A model generated the notes under the pieces. The model ran no database searches. It was given only the letters and a program-made list of their open reading frames with translations, and was not told the origin of the DNA. A program made the position numbers and the translations under genes. Positions 42,950 to 56,159 of a stretch of 64,000 bases of DNA are shown here, piece after piece (positions within the stretch are counted from its first letter, which is position 1; each line of letters starts with the position of its first letter). The stretch comes from Octopus bimaculoides (taxonomy: Eukaryota): contig NC_068982.1 of NCBI RefSeq assembly GCF_001194135.2, forward strand, positions 105,703,421-105,767,420. Reading direction: 5' to 3'.

Positions 42950-45930
42950 ACGTATTTAAAAATAACATGATCAGAAAAAAGAAATCAGCGTTCGAAAGAC
43001 GTTTATAAACCCAAACATTCAAAATTTAACATAAACAAGTTGCGAAAAAGCAACCACAGTAGCAAATCATCGTTTACAAGCGTCGCCAAAATTTGGAAAG
43101 GACAGCCTCAAGAAGAGAATACGAGCCCGATAGATTCAGCAGGAAAAGACCAAGAAGTAAAATGTCACACTTCTGCTTCTCGAAAAACAAGTGTTCTCTC
43201 GAAGAAAGAGTTAGCGAAAGTCCTGGTTGATACGTGGTACGATGTATACTCCATCAACCGGAGCAGGATGCATGGAAGTGTATGCGTAGTCTTTAAGAAT
43301 GCAGCCAAGGCAAAGAAACAAGCAGCGCTGGTGCGCTGTTGAGCCCAGAGGTTGACGCCACAATATATGGAAAGACGAAACACAAGCTTCACAGTCAGAT
43401 ACATTTGTGTTGATGTTAAGATATTTGTATTCAACTTTTATTTACTAAATTCTCTAAATAAATACAATATAAATCAATCCGAAGGAATTATCAATTCAAA
43501 ACACTAAGTAATGATATTTTTTTGTATTATTATAAAATTGTTATAAGAGATCTTTAAAAAAAAATCTAACATCATTACAAATAATATATATAGAAATAAT
43601 TCTAAATATATAATAAAGCACAAACCTTATAAATAGCTATAAAAACTATAGACTGCAACACTATACACAATATATTCACTTCGTACTGTATATAATCAAT
43701 ACAAACGTAATTTCAAAGCCACGACAACCTCTCTTTATCACCTGATATTTAAAAATCCCTTTATATATTTAATCCCAATAAAAACAATTTATTTTGACCC
43801 CCATTTCCTTGTTAGTATTGCTACCAGCATCAACAATGTGACGAGTGTAACTCTTATGTTAGCTTTCAGTGACTCTAAGGGTAGCAGTTTCGCTAACGCA
43901 GCTAGTGAAACTCAATCTATCATTTGCAAACCTCAGTATGCTGTCTTGACCTATATACGCGTCTCAGAACAAGGAAGCCTTCAGGCAACAATCTGAAGTA
44001 TGCACCGTGGCATCGGACACATTCACGTTACCTGTAGAGGATGTGGAACGAAAGCAAAGGCAATCTATAATCTACAGGTGCAGAAATCGTATAATTAGAT
44101 ACGTGGATATCTCAATACCTATACAAGTCGAAGAGTGCCCAAAAGAAGTATCGTGTACCGTATGGTACGGACAAAAAGTTCGGGCATTTCTGATCTTGGG
44201 CACCAAAGAGGAGGAAGCTCGATGGTCACCAATGATAATGTGCGTCTCTGGTGAATACATCCAGCGGACATCCTATAAGAGACGACGCGTTTTTTTTGCA
44301 TGGGGTGATCCTAGAAGAAAAAGAGACTGTCGGGGATAAATTAATCACCCACCAAGACTGTTATAGATCTTGGAGTTGCAAATGCTGCCCACCCCTATAG
44401 GTAAGTATATTCACGGGCCCGGTGGAGATCTAGGTGACAAGTATACGGGAGACAGTAATGGATGTCAGTGTCTACCGCAATGATCGGTCGCAGCTTAGGT
44501 GAAAAGCCGACAATAGCAGTTGGATACAATTGGCTTTAAGTGGTTGTGGAGGGCAAAACCACTTGTCTTGAATGCTATACTCAATGAATTTTACGTATAC
44601 ATTGCACACTTGTTTACCTACGTCTCGGTAGATGTTTATAGTAACTAGTAGCAGAAGGGAGGGATTCTCAGTTTCATGAGCCAGTGAGTAATAGCGCTGC
44701 TAGTGGGGGACGCAAACAAGGAGGCATTACTGACAACTTCCAGTCTACGTCTCTGCTGAATACAGAAGTATAAAATTGTTGCCAAGGTTCTAGGAAATAG
44801 TTTGACGTGACTTTCGGTCGAGTAATTGGGAGAATGTCAAGATACGCGTTCCCCATGTATTGCATCGTATAGATGGAGATAACGGCTATGTATTCAATGG
44901 GGAGGTGTGGGGGGNNNNNNNNNNNNNNNNNNNNNNNNNNNNNNNNNNNNNNNNNNNNNNNNNGGGCTGATCAATATGGATCAAACGGAAGCTTTTAAAA
45001 GGTCCGAGCATCGTTATTTGTCGGACTCCCTCAGAGCAGCCAATTTCAAACCCGTTTTCAGAGACAGACTCGTTCAATATATAGCGAATTCTGCTTGGTG
45101 GTCAAATTAAACAGATAACTGTTGGAATCATTTCAGTCACATGTTTGGCATGTAAAACGAATCATTTATTATTCCTTTGATATGCACTGGTTGTAGATAC
45201 TCTGCTGTAGAAACTCAAGGTGTTGAGGAGGGGTATGCTGTTTGAGCTGTTATGTGAGAAATCCTTGTCAGCATATGCAGAATGACGCCTCGTAATGGTC
45301 TTGGTACGCACGCAGAGCAACGAATCTGTTGTGCATAAGTTCATACAGTTTTTGAGCATTTCTGATTTGTGGAGTTTTGACTAACACCTATTGCCGTGTG
45401 TAAAGCAAATCCGTTTATTGGCAAGTCTCGATCGTGAAGAGCGACCAATCACTTTCTGTTACTCGAGAAGGGTAGAGAATTTCCCTTTGTCTGTGGGCTA
45501 TGGCAAAACGGTTGTATTGAGCGAGTTGAAAAAACTGAGGACAGACGCTTTCCTATTTGTCCAAGCCCTCCTCGAACTCTTTAAGTTCAACTTATTTGAG
45601 ATGATAGTACAAAGGAAGGTTTTGCCCTACCGGAAAATTTGCTGAAGAGTAGGTAAGAGTAGTGGGCATGACCTGAGTGAATGAGCCTACATTTAGCATG
45701 CACCTGTGGGTCGCAAAATACTTCATCTGTTGGTTTAAAGATATCAGCAATTAGTTCTTTTAGCAGCTGAGAATGTTGTTAGGTGCTCACAGCTCTCTGC
45801 AAATCGGGTAATTCCACAATGGAACATCCACATTAGCATTTTAAGAGAATTAAAAGAAAGTGGTGGACAATTTTCACGATGTACTCGGCCGATAGCCGAC
45901 AACATCTAAACTACTCACATATCTATAACA
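42950..45930 (+). pseudogene. Decayed Tx1/L1-clade LINE (ORF1 and ORF2 remnants)
   Basis: RT remnants NFQSTSLLNTE/YKIVAKVLGNSL (like NWRPISLLNTDYKI.AKVLANRL) and GLINMDQTEAFKRSEHRYL (like LDQEKAFDRV.H.YL). ORF1-like SFTSVAK...VYSINRSRMHGSVCVVF at 43040-43340. Boundaries approximate. Confidence 0.7.
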
Positions 45931-46290
45931 AGAGGTGAAAAATATATCTTATTACAAACGTTTATATNNNNNNNNNNNNNNNNNNNNNNNNNNNNNNNNN
46001 NNNNNNNNNNNNNNNNNNNNNNNNNNNNNNNNNNNNNNNNNNNNNNNNNNNNNNNNNNNNNNNNNNNNNNNNNNNNNNNNNNNNNNNNNNNNNNNNNNNN
46101 NNNNNNNNNNNNNNNNNNNNNNNNNNNNNNNNNNNNNNNNNNNNNNNNNNNNNNNNNNNNNNNNNNNNNNNNNNNNNNNNNNNNNNNNNNNNNNNNNNNN
46201 NNNNNNNNNNNNNTATATTTAAGTTGGCAATTTGAAGACCTTTTATAAAAAAGAAAACAACTGTGAAATCATTGACGGAGTTTAACTTAC

Positions 46291-46508
46291 TTTTCGGACT
46301 TAGTGGCATAACTCCATATTCCTTTTCAAAGTCCATACGGCAGAATAACTGACCGTCTCGAATTACAAACTGATCTCCTTTTTGTAGTTGGTGACCGCAC
46401 GCTACGCATGCAAAACACCGTAGATGGTAAACGTTGCCTATGGCTCTCATCACTAATTCGTTGGCTGGAATTGGTTGCATACAACTGCTGCACTTCGTCC
46501 CGAAAATC
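46291..46508 (-). CDS. Lmx1: Lmx1-class LIM-homeobox gene, exon encoding LIM domain 2
   Basis: Encodes IFGTKCSSCMQPIPANELVMRAIGNVYHLRCFACVACGHQLQKGDQFVIRDGQLFCRMDFEKEYGVMPLSPK, a full C2HC-C3D LIM motif resembling LMX1 LIM2. Acceptor ttcttag at 46509-46515, donor gtaag at 46286-46290. 218 nt, phase 2 in and phase 1 out. Confidence 0.96.
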
Positions 46509-47012
46509 CTAAGAAGATACAAGAACAAAATAATCAATGTAGCTTATTTAAGATGTCTAACAATAAGATCGTTATTATTACACAAAAGAACTAATTATTA
46601 TTAGAATTATTAATTAACACAGTAAGCTCTCAGCAAGGCAAGGCAGTGCCAAAGATATGTTGAAGCCAGTTTATTTCTTTTACGTCAGAAAGATATGTAC
46701 GTCACAAGTACCACTTCACATTCAATTATATGCATGGCTAAAAAACAAAACTAAACATCAACAAAAACCAAGACCATTACAACTGTTAATTGAGCTATCC
46801 TTATCATCGCTTGCTAATCTGCAATTTGGTTTCCATTTTATCACTCTAAAACAAAAGGAATTTCCATAGTTGCTACTTATCAGGGTGGTGTCAGGTTTCA
46901 ACCTTCATCTTCTGTTGGTTGAATGAATTGAGGATGCCAATGGAATAAAGCACAACGCATTTTCGGTTGCAGGAAAAGTCGGTGTTCACGCACGCACGCA
47001 CACAAACACACA

Positions 47013-47121
<109 letters not shown>

Positions 47122-47337
47122 CACAAAACACATACTCACACACAAACACATTTTAATCTGTTCTTTCTTAATTTTACAGACATCCTTTCATAGTTTTACA
47201 GATGAATCTTTAAAATTTGAATTTCTTATAATAATCACGAAAGAAATGCAGATATATGATGAAATGCATTCTTACCATGGCCATCTCACCATTTTTTGAA
47301 ACATAATATATATGATTACATTAGTGATTGTGTTTAA

Positions 47338-47410
47338 GGTGTCGAGCTGGCAGAATCATTAGCAAGCCGAATAAATTACTTTGCGGTATTTCGCTATTTA
47401 CGTTTTAGTT
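47338..47410 (+). mobile_element. SINE family B, head only
   Basis: gtcgagctggcagaatcattagcaagccgaataaattactttgcggtatttcg. Confidence 0.7.
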
Positions 47411-48380
47411 CAATACGCAAAACTTTTCACCAGTTTAAAATGCAACATTGTTTTTGTTATCGAGATTCCAACGACGAAGCTTTGTATCTTTGTTAAAAAC
47501 TAGTACCTTCTTCAGAAGAAGAATTTAAATAATTAGAAGCTAAAGAGAGCATACGCACACAAACACATAAGTAACCCGGAAGATAAACACAGGCTTGAGA
47601 CCTCTATTTACACGGAGAACAGAAAAAAATACATATAGGAAAACAAATTATGTAATGTCATATCTCGATAGCTATTTCAATTGGCTAAACTTACGTAATA
47701 ACTATATTTCTAGGTGATATCTGCATGATGCCATAGGTGTGCGACCTGCGACACATTCAGATGAAATTGTTAAAGTAAGCTAGAGCTCCCTTTTCAAGAG
47801 TAGAGAGAATCACTGCAATATGTAGTATTTTTGTGACGGTCCGAGAAGCGACAAACTGAAGGATTGCCCTTGGGCGGCACATATTCTAGCTACGCGCTGC
47901 TCTTGCCTCTATATAAATAGTTCAAATAATAAATGCGACACGCTTTCGATTCTTTGCAATACTGGTGTCTGAACATCGAAGCCATGTTATTGCACATTCG
48001 TAAAAAGAAGGTAAGAGAATCGTAGCCTCTTATTATTTCCTATCTATTTGTAAACTTAGGTTTCAGGCCTCTTTAAGAATCCATAAACTCAAGCAAGAAA
48101 TGGTGTTCCTAAAATTTATCTCAACGATTCGTCGCAGTATGAGGATTTCCAAGTGCTAGTAACTAATGGTCTTCCGCTAACCTGTTAACCTTTACAACAG
48201 ACATCTCACCTTTCGCGTTCTAACGGATTGTACAGAAGGGATAAGTTATGTGGTTCACAGTTTGATTAGACGAATAACACACACACACGCACGCACACAT
48301 ACACACACACAAGCAAACACACAGACATACATGCACACACAGACTCATCCTTTATATTTATGTATGTGTGTGTATATATA

Positions 48381-48417
<37 letters not shown>

Positions 48418-49263
48418 ACACACACACACATGCATACATACTATGTACTCACACACGCATACATGTATACATACTTAAATGTGTACATTCATAGACACTC
48501 ACACACACATACATACATATAGACAGGCATACAGATGTACATATATGAATACACATATACATAAACATGTGTGCGCCTAAATAGTTATATACGGCTGCAA
48601 AATCATATCAATGCAAAGATATGTGCACGCGGGTGTGTATGCACACACTCTTACACATGCGCGCTTCTGTACCTGCAGATGTTTATGTAAATTGAGTGTC
48701 AAAGAGTGGGGAAGAGAGAGATAGAGAGATAGAGATAGATAGTTAGATAGATAGATAGACAAAGAGAGAGGGGGAGAAATAGAGAAACACAGACAGGTAA
48801 AGAGAAGAAGAAAGAGTGAAGAGTTAAATCTAGAAATGAGAGAGCAACGTACTCTCACACGCATCAATTCAAGCATCCATCTACGCACACAATAAGTGTG
48901 TATGACTATATGTGAGTGTGTGTGTGAGTGAGCATGCGCGCGCACGTGTGTGTGTGCGTGTGTGTGTGTGTTTGTGTGCGCGCTCGTATTAATTTGTGTG
49001 TGAGATATAGAGTCAGTAGAAATGGCTGATTGAGGACGGTGACAGGGGTGGGGGAGAATGTCGCGCTTACGCTCACACACATGCATACCGACATATACAT
49101 ACATATGCATGTAAGTATATATATATNNNNNNNNNNNNNNNNNNNNNNNNNNNNNNNNNNNNNNNNNNNNNNNNNNNNNNNNNNNNNNNNNNNNNNNNNN
49201 NNNNNNNNNNNNNNNNNNNNNNNNNNNNNNNNNNNNNNNNNNNNNNNNNNNNNNNNNNNNNNN

Positions 49264-49456
49264 GGGAGAATTTACGGAAAAAACAACAACAGATGAGGAC
49301 AGGTGGTGTAAACAACAAAAGGATGTATTAGTTTAACGCTCGGGAATAGAGAAAGTCTTTAACGTTTCGAGCTACGCTCTTCAACAGAAAGAATAAGGAG
49401 AAAAACAAGGAGAAAAAAAAATTTTTATGTCGTGGTCAGCGATTTATCATGGCGAC
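49264..49456 (-). mobile_element. Penelope-like terminal repeat remnant
   Basis: Homologous to 9400-9537; contains the hammerhead motif; the extreme end is also seen near 61572-61600. Confidence 0.6.
49356..49392 (-). ncRNA. Minimal type I hammerhead ribozyme motif (A6U variant)
   Basis: Minus strand reads TCTTT CTGTTGA A GAG-cgtag-CTC GAAA CG TT AAAGA: stem I TCTTT/AAAGA, stem II GAG/CTC, palindromic stem III ACGT, GUU cleavage triplet. Confidence 0.6.
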
Positions 49457-50110
49457 GTGTGTGTGTTTGTGTGTGTGTGCATGTGTGTGTGTAGGAAGAT
49501 ACGAAGATAGATGGTATATGCATAGATTCGCGTTTGCGTAAATACATATACGTACTTAAGGAAATATATATGTTTATTTGCCTGCATTTGTAAGGGCATG
49601 CCTACGTGCATTTATGCATATGTGTATATGCTTGTATGCATAAATGTATTTTTGTATGCCTACAAACAGAAAAGATTTTTATGCGTATATGTATGAATGT
49701 ATATGGGAATGAATTTTGGCGGGATAGATCTACGTAAATATATCTTTATAGAATCCAAGACGATTATTGGCTTTTTCTTGAAGTCAAAGCAACTCTTGGG
49801 GTTTGTGGCTATCTGAATTTGTTCGTGTGTGCGTGTGAATAAACTCGCACTTGTCTAGTGAGTGCGCAAGTCCTGTGAGTACATTCTATGTATGTACATT
49901 AGATTGTTCGTACGTGTTTATGTAAATGTAAATATATGTATTGAAATTTATACATGTATGTCTCAATATATAACACCATGGCTAAACTTCAAAAATTCAC
50001 ATCTTCACTATAATACCATATAATATGTTGTATATAGACTGGGTATATGTATGCATATATGTAAGTATGTATGTATTATGTAAGTATTTATATATGCATC
50101 TATTTATATA

Positions 50111-50150
<40 letters not shown>

Positions 50151-50212
50151 AGGAGGGAATGTGAGAAGGCGAGAGAGATNNNNNNNNNNNNNNNNNNNNN
50201 NNNNNNNNNNNN

Positions 50213-50250
<38 letters not shown>

Positions 50251-50299
50251 AGGAGGGAATGTGAGAAGGCGAGAGAGATAGAGATAGAGAGAGATAGAG

Positions 50300-50330
<31 letters not shown>

Positions 50331-50425
50331 GAGAAAGAGAACTACAACGACAGATACATAAGTTAAGAGATGGAAGGAGATTGTAAGAGAAGTATATATA
50401 TATATATATATATATATATGATATA

Positions 50426-50490
<65 letters not shown>

Positions 50491-50655
50491 GCACACATAC
50501 ATGTAGGTATGCATACATATACATATACATACACATATACAATCATACACACACAGACACTCACGTACGCGTATAAAGAGTTTGAATATCATTCGGATTG
50601 CATTAAGTCACTCTTCAAAATTTATTAAATCTCTCAAGAGTTTATATATGCGTCC

Positions 50656-50709
<54 letters not shown>

Positions 50710-51348
50710 GTGTCTGTCTGTCTACCATACATACAAACAAATACACATACTAAAAAGAGAGGAAAGCAAAAGGCACTTAGAAAGATGTGCACTAGAAATG
50801 TAAATAGACAGAAAAAGAGAAAGGGGGGGGAGAGGAATAGTGAGAAGCGTATATGGGGAAACTAGAAACAGAAGTTTTAAGTCAGAAGGTCAGAAAGAGA
50901 GCATGAGATTTTAGAAAAAGAGAGAGAGGGAGAGAGAGAACAGGGAGAGAGAGAACAGGGAGAGAGAGGGAGAGAGAGAACAGGGAGAGAGAGAGATATA
51001 GATATGTAGATAATGTGAGAAAGGGAAAAAGATTAAGCGAGATGACGAAAGGAAGCAGGTGAGATAAATAGGAGTTTGAAGCTGATTGGTGAAGGGTTCA
51101 CACAGGTGAATAAGAAAGGTTATCGTGCTTAGGCTTTCTATGTCAACACATTGATATTTCCCATTCTTCTCTCTTCACTCCGTTGAAACCTTCACATGCT
51201 TCTTTGATTTCTTCGCTGAAGATAAAGACTCCCCACCTGCCTCATCCCCCCCACTTACTGCTCCCTTTCCTTCCTTCCTTCCTTTTATCTTATATGCATA
51301 CATATATACGCGTTTGTGTATATGTGCGTGTGTGTATACACGTGCATA

Positions 51349-51410
<62 letters not shown>

Positions 51411-51624
51411 TATATATATATGTATATATTTATATACACATATACACAAATATATAAAACACTTAGTAGCGCTCAAATGATTTGAACTTACACTCCGAAA
51501 CCTTTACCGAGGACCGAGTCCGCGGGGTAAAGAGTGGCTGAGAATCTCTGACCTTATTTGTTGACCCTATATGTAAATATAAATTCTACCTCCCATCCCC
51601 CCCCCACACGCACAAATCGTTTAT

Positions 51625-51826
51625 TTTCATTGAACTGCGGCCATGCTGGGCACCGTCCTTGAAGGGTTTATTCGAATGAATCAACCCCAGTGCTTACTTT
51701 TGTTTATAAGCAGATATCGTTCTTTTGCTTTCTCTTTTAAGTTACGAGGACGTAAAAGAACAAACACCGGTTGTCAAGCAGTTTGTGTGAGGGGAAAAAC
51801 AAAGACACAAAGACACAAACACACAC
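51625..51826 (-). mobile_element. SINE family A, tail
   Basis: actgcggccatgctgggcaccgtcc...aagttacgaggacgtaaa...accggttgtcaagc. Confidence 0.75.
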
Positions 51827-52330
51827 ACAAGGTTATATATATGGCAGGCCTCCACACGGTTTCCATCTTGTCTCCCTCTATCTACTAGTTGTATTTGTCT
51901 GTCTGAATGTCTTCGACAATCTGCCCTTCTGTTGGGGGTATTAGAGGCTCTGATCCTTGCAGGTGTTAAAATGGACGTGCCCCGTCCCCACGTCTCCAAG
52001 GAAAAAATACGCACAATGAAAACAATATAATAGTTTGGGAGCGTTGGATCAATTAATATCAGTTAACTGTACCACTACCAACACCACCACAGCTACCACC
52101 TGCACCGCCGCCGCCGCCGCTGCCACCTCTACTGCCACCGCCACCACTAATAATAATACTATCAGCAACGACGACGACGACGACGACAACAGATAGGATC
52201 CATAATAAGAGAAATGATTCTGATGGGTCAATAGGGACTCGGTGACCAGTCGCTTGAAATAAACTTCAAGGACAATGAACAGTGCGAGAGTTTGGTGTGG
52301 TAGACGCAGTGTTCAGAATGTGATTTAATC

Positions 52331-52766
52331 ACATGTAAGGAGAATATTCTTTTCTACTCTAGGCACAAGGCCCGAAATTTTGGGGGAGAGGGCCAGTCGA
52401 TTAGATCGACTCCAGTATGCAACTGGTACTTAATTTATTGACCCCGAAAGGATAAAAGGCAAAGTCGACGGAATTTGAACTCAGAACGTAAAGACAGACG
52501 AAATACTACTAAGCATTTCGCCCGGCGTGCTAACGTTTCTTATTTCTTTACTGCCCACAAGGGGCTACGCACAGAAGAAACAAAGAAGGAGAGTCAAACG
52601 GATTAAGTCGATTATATCGACCCCAGTGCGTAACTGGTACTTATTTAATCGACCCCGAAAGGATGAAAGGCAAAGTCGACCGCGGCGGAATTTGAACTCA
52701 GAACGTAGCGGCAGACGAAATACCGCTAAGCATTTCACCCGGCGTGCTAACGTTTCTGCCAGCTCG

Positions 52767-52767
<1 letters not shown>
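52331..52767 (-). mobile_element. Two fused SINE family B copies (different tails)
   Basis: 52331-52539 and 52540-52767 share the core gaccccgaaaggat...ggcaaagtcgac...ggaatttgaactcagaacgt...cccggcgtgctaacgtttc; only the second keeps the 5' end tgccagctcgc. Confidence 0.9.
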
Positions 52768-52823
<56 letters not shown>

Positions 52824-53114
52824 CGCGCACGCGCGTCGTGTGTGTATTGTGTATGGTTATGTTGACCAGTGTGAAAACGATGTTGATTCAAAAAGTGTTA
52901 CTTAACCGTTCAGTAGAGATTGATAAAATACCAGAGTGAAATAAGTACTGGTGACAATTATTTCTTTTGATATGGATGTGGGCGGAAATTTAATTGTGTG
53001 CAAATTTAGTCTTTCTTTGCAAAGTATGTGCACATCCACGTGAGTAACCCTTACTCAGATTTCTTCAATTAAAAAAAATAATCCGATTTCAACCGGGAAA
53101 CCTTGCGTACTCAC

Positions 53115-53182
53115 CATTTTTCCCGTTGTGCACTTGTTGTAAAACGTGCGCACAGAGGGTGATATGATGAGCTAGATATCAT
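53115..53182 (-). CDS. Candidate alternative first coding exon of Lmx1
   Basis: ATG at 53182-53180 with an upstream in-frame stop. Encodes MISSSSYHPLCARFTTSAQREK+TG, then a strong donor ATG|gtgagta (53114-53108). Phase 2 matches the LIM2 exon. No homology support. Confidence 0.25.
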
Positions 53183-54600
53183 TGAAGACGATGTTACAGA
53201 ATAACTGCTGTGTAACTAATAAAACTATGATGTATGCACAGCAGTAACAATAATATCTGATTCCTCTTACAGATTGTACACACACCAGACAGATCCTGAA
53301 CCGTAGGGCTGTTTCATTGAACGATGTTCTCCAACTGTTGATTTAACGTACCCCTTCTGCTTCTATTGATATTACAACTTTCTCTGTCCCTATACCTCCC
53401 TCCCCCTATCTAAACACATGCGAAATTTCATTTTAATCCTTTATTCATATAAGAAGCTGGAAAACTGTCAGGCTGAATAATTTATGCAGTCAATTTTCTT
53501 TTGCAAGTTAGTCAAATGCTAACCTATATTAGTTCGAAGTAAATTCATTTAATCTCATTCATTTAATTATCCCTACAAAAGTTTTGTGGGCACTGTTCCA
53601 AGAACGAGCCTACAAGTTGTTTACAGATTTCAGAACTCAGTTTGGTTGTAACTATTTCACTAGAAAATGCACCTGAAAAAAGACAAATATCTTATTTCTG
53701 TCTCATACAAATTCAAGAATTTGCGCCTTCGTCAGTGAAAGAAGCAATTGGAATATCTTATCAAGAAATGACAGAGTGGCTAATTGTAAAACAAAATCAA
53801 AGTTTTCATTTAGAATTTAGTTTGGATTTTCAGCAGTAAATTTCCTTTCTACTGGAGTAAGTTCCTGCAGAGAACATCTACGACGTTAGTAAAAACAAGA
53901 ATATTTAATCCTTCAAAGCACAGAAATTCTGTTTCCCGGATGCTGTTCTTGAAATGGGAAAGATTTTATCCCGGAAAGACATTTCGAGTGACAGTTAATT
54001 ATCAAGACGTTTGACAGAATGACTGAAATCGTAGGGTATTTCGTGGTTATGGAAAGTCAAAGGAATTAAGAATTTGATAGAATTAAATCCGACTGCTGTG
54101 AAGAGTTACACAATGTTGCATATATGCTTCTCGGTGAGAATGAACGGGATGAGTTGAAGAGGAACAACGGAAATTAAAATCTTGTTAAGTGAGGCGGCAA
54201 AATATAAGTAGGGCAATCAAGAGGTATACTGAGGGCAAAAATAAAAGATAACTTATGAAAGACAGTCGATTAAAAGGATTTCTATATCAATTGTGGTATA
54301 GAATTTCAGTAATTGTTAAATTTATTGGTCGAGCACAAACGATTTTGAAAAATATAAGTATTTCCCAGGATGTAATTTAAAATTTAAAAAATTATATAAT
54401 TATTCTATTATTATTATTGCAAATGGTTAGATGAACATGTTGATACTTAATTTTAAGGGAAAATTTCGCTTTTTTAAAATATAATTAGAATAGTAGAGGA
54501 GCAGTGTTCCCAATCGAGGTCCCTTGAACACTTGTGTTCTGCGAGAAATAGTGACACCCCGTCACACACATGCACATATATATAAATATATATATATTTA

Positions 54601-54665
<65 letters not shown>

Positions 54666-56159
54666 TACACACACATACACACACACACGCACACCACACA
54701 TACATATACGTATATTAATATGCTAATTATATGCAATGCTGTTTTAGTAATTTTCGTTTTCAGTTCTATGGTCGTAACTTAATGCAAGATTCTGACATCT
54801 GTATCTAGTAAGGAGACATTGAGGGGAAAATGACTTCATAATAGGAAATGGTAAGATAATTTAGTCTAAACAAGTTACCCTATAATTTCTTATGTCATCT
54901 TTTATGGTGTTTGATGCAATTAACTCTGCTAAACCTTTCAAATACGGCTTTATGATTTGCTTAATTACTAAGGAAATGTAAATTTACAGAAAGAAAATGA
55001 TTATTAAAGATATAAAATAACCTTTATGTTTGGTATTCCTTTAGATATGCAATGCATTTCAGGAGCACTGAGAGAATAAAAAGGTTGAGAGTACTCTGAT
55101 TTGAGCATAGAAATAAGATAGTTAATTTCAACTGCGAATCGAAACTGGCTTTCAGAATGGATACGAACATAGATGTCTAGATTTATTGAGCAGCTCATAT
55201 CTCAGAGGAATAAATAAGTACAGAAGACAAGTATATAAATCTATCAAATTTATTTATAAGGAATTGATAGAATATAAAAAAAAAATAGATAAAATAAAAT
55301 TGAAGTTGTCTGAGTAGAATGTAACATCCAAAGGTAATCCAACAGATTAAATGCCAGAAGGAACGAAAGTAAGTAAATACCAGAAAGTCTAACTGAGATT
55401 AAATGCCTTGAAGGAGTGAAAGAGAAAACCGAATTCAGTTTCACAGTATAAGACCGGAAGCAGTTTGTCGGTTATGCTGGTGGCAAATATATCTGGGAAA
55501 TTTTAGTTAATTTAATTCTGACAACTATATTGATTTCTAATTTTAGCATAATGCTAATGTGAACTCCGGCAGAATTTGAACCAGGGACGTCAACAATTAA
55601 ACAGTTCTATATGTAAAAGAAGCAAGGGCGTACATCAGCACAAACGAGTACAGACATACAGGGTGGAGTAAAATTTCCCCATCCCACCCTCTATAACACT
55701 ATACATACATACATACATACATACATACATACACACATGTATATATCTGTCTCTCCCTCTCTTTCTCTCTCTCTTTCTCTCTCTCGCTCTATATATATAT
55801 ATACCCTGGCCCAACTATGTAAGATAGCTTCGAACCACGTGATTCCGAGTTAAACTACAACTATGCGGTACCTTAAGCAAGTATCTTCTAATATAGTCGC
55901 ATGCCAACCGGTGCCTCGTCAGCTAATCTGTTAGAAGGTTATGAGGTGAGAGTCCGTCGTCTCGGTCTCTTTTTAATATACATACAAACACACACACGCA
56001 CACACATTTATTTTATATACATATACATACATACATATATATATTTCCGTATTCCCGAGCGTCATACTAATACATCCTTTTGTTATTTACACCACCTGTC
56101 CTCGTCTGTTGTTGTTTTTTCGTATATTCTCCCATATATATATATATATATATATCCTT

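Noticed and set aside
50107-50290. Direct repeat agcaggagggaatgtgagaaggcgagagagat on both sides of a gap
   Set aside because: Most simply unmerged overlapping contig ends, an assembly artefact.
53880-54300. Possible further RT remnant
   Set aside because: Only vague resemblance; no diagnostic motif.
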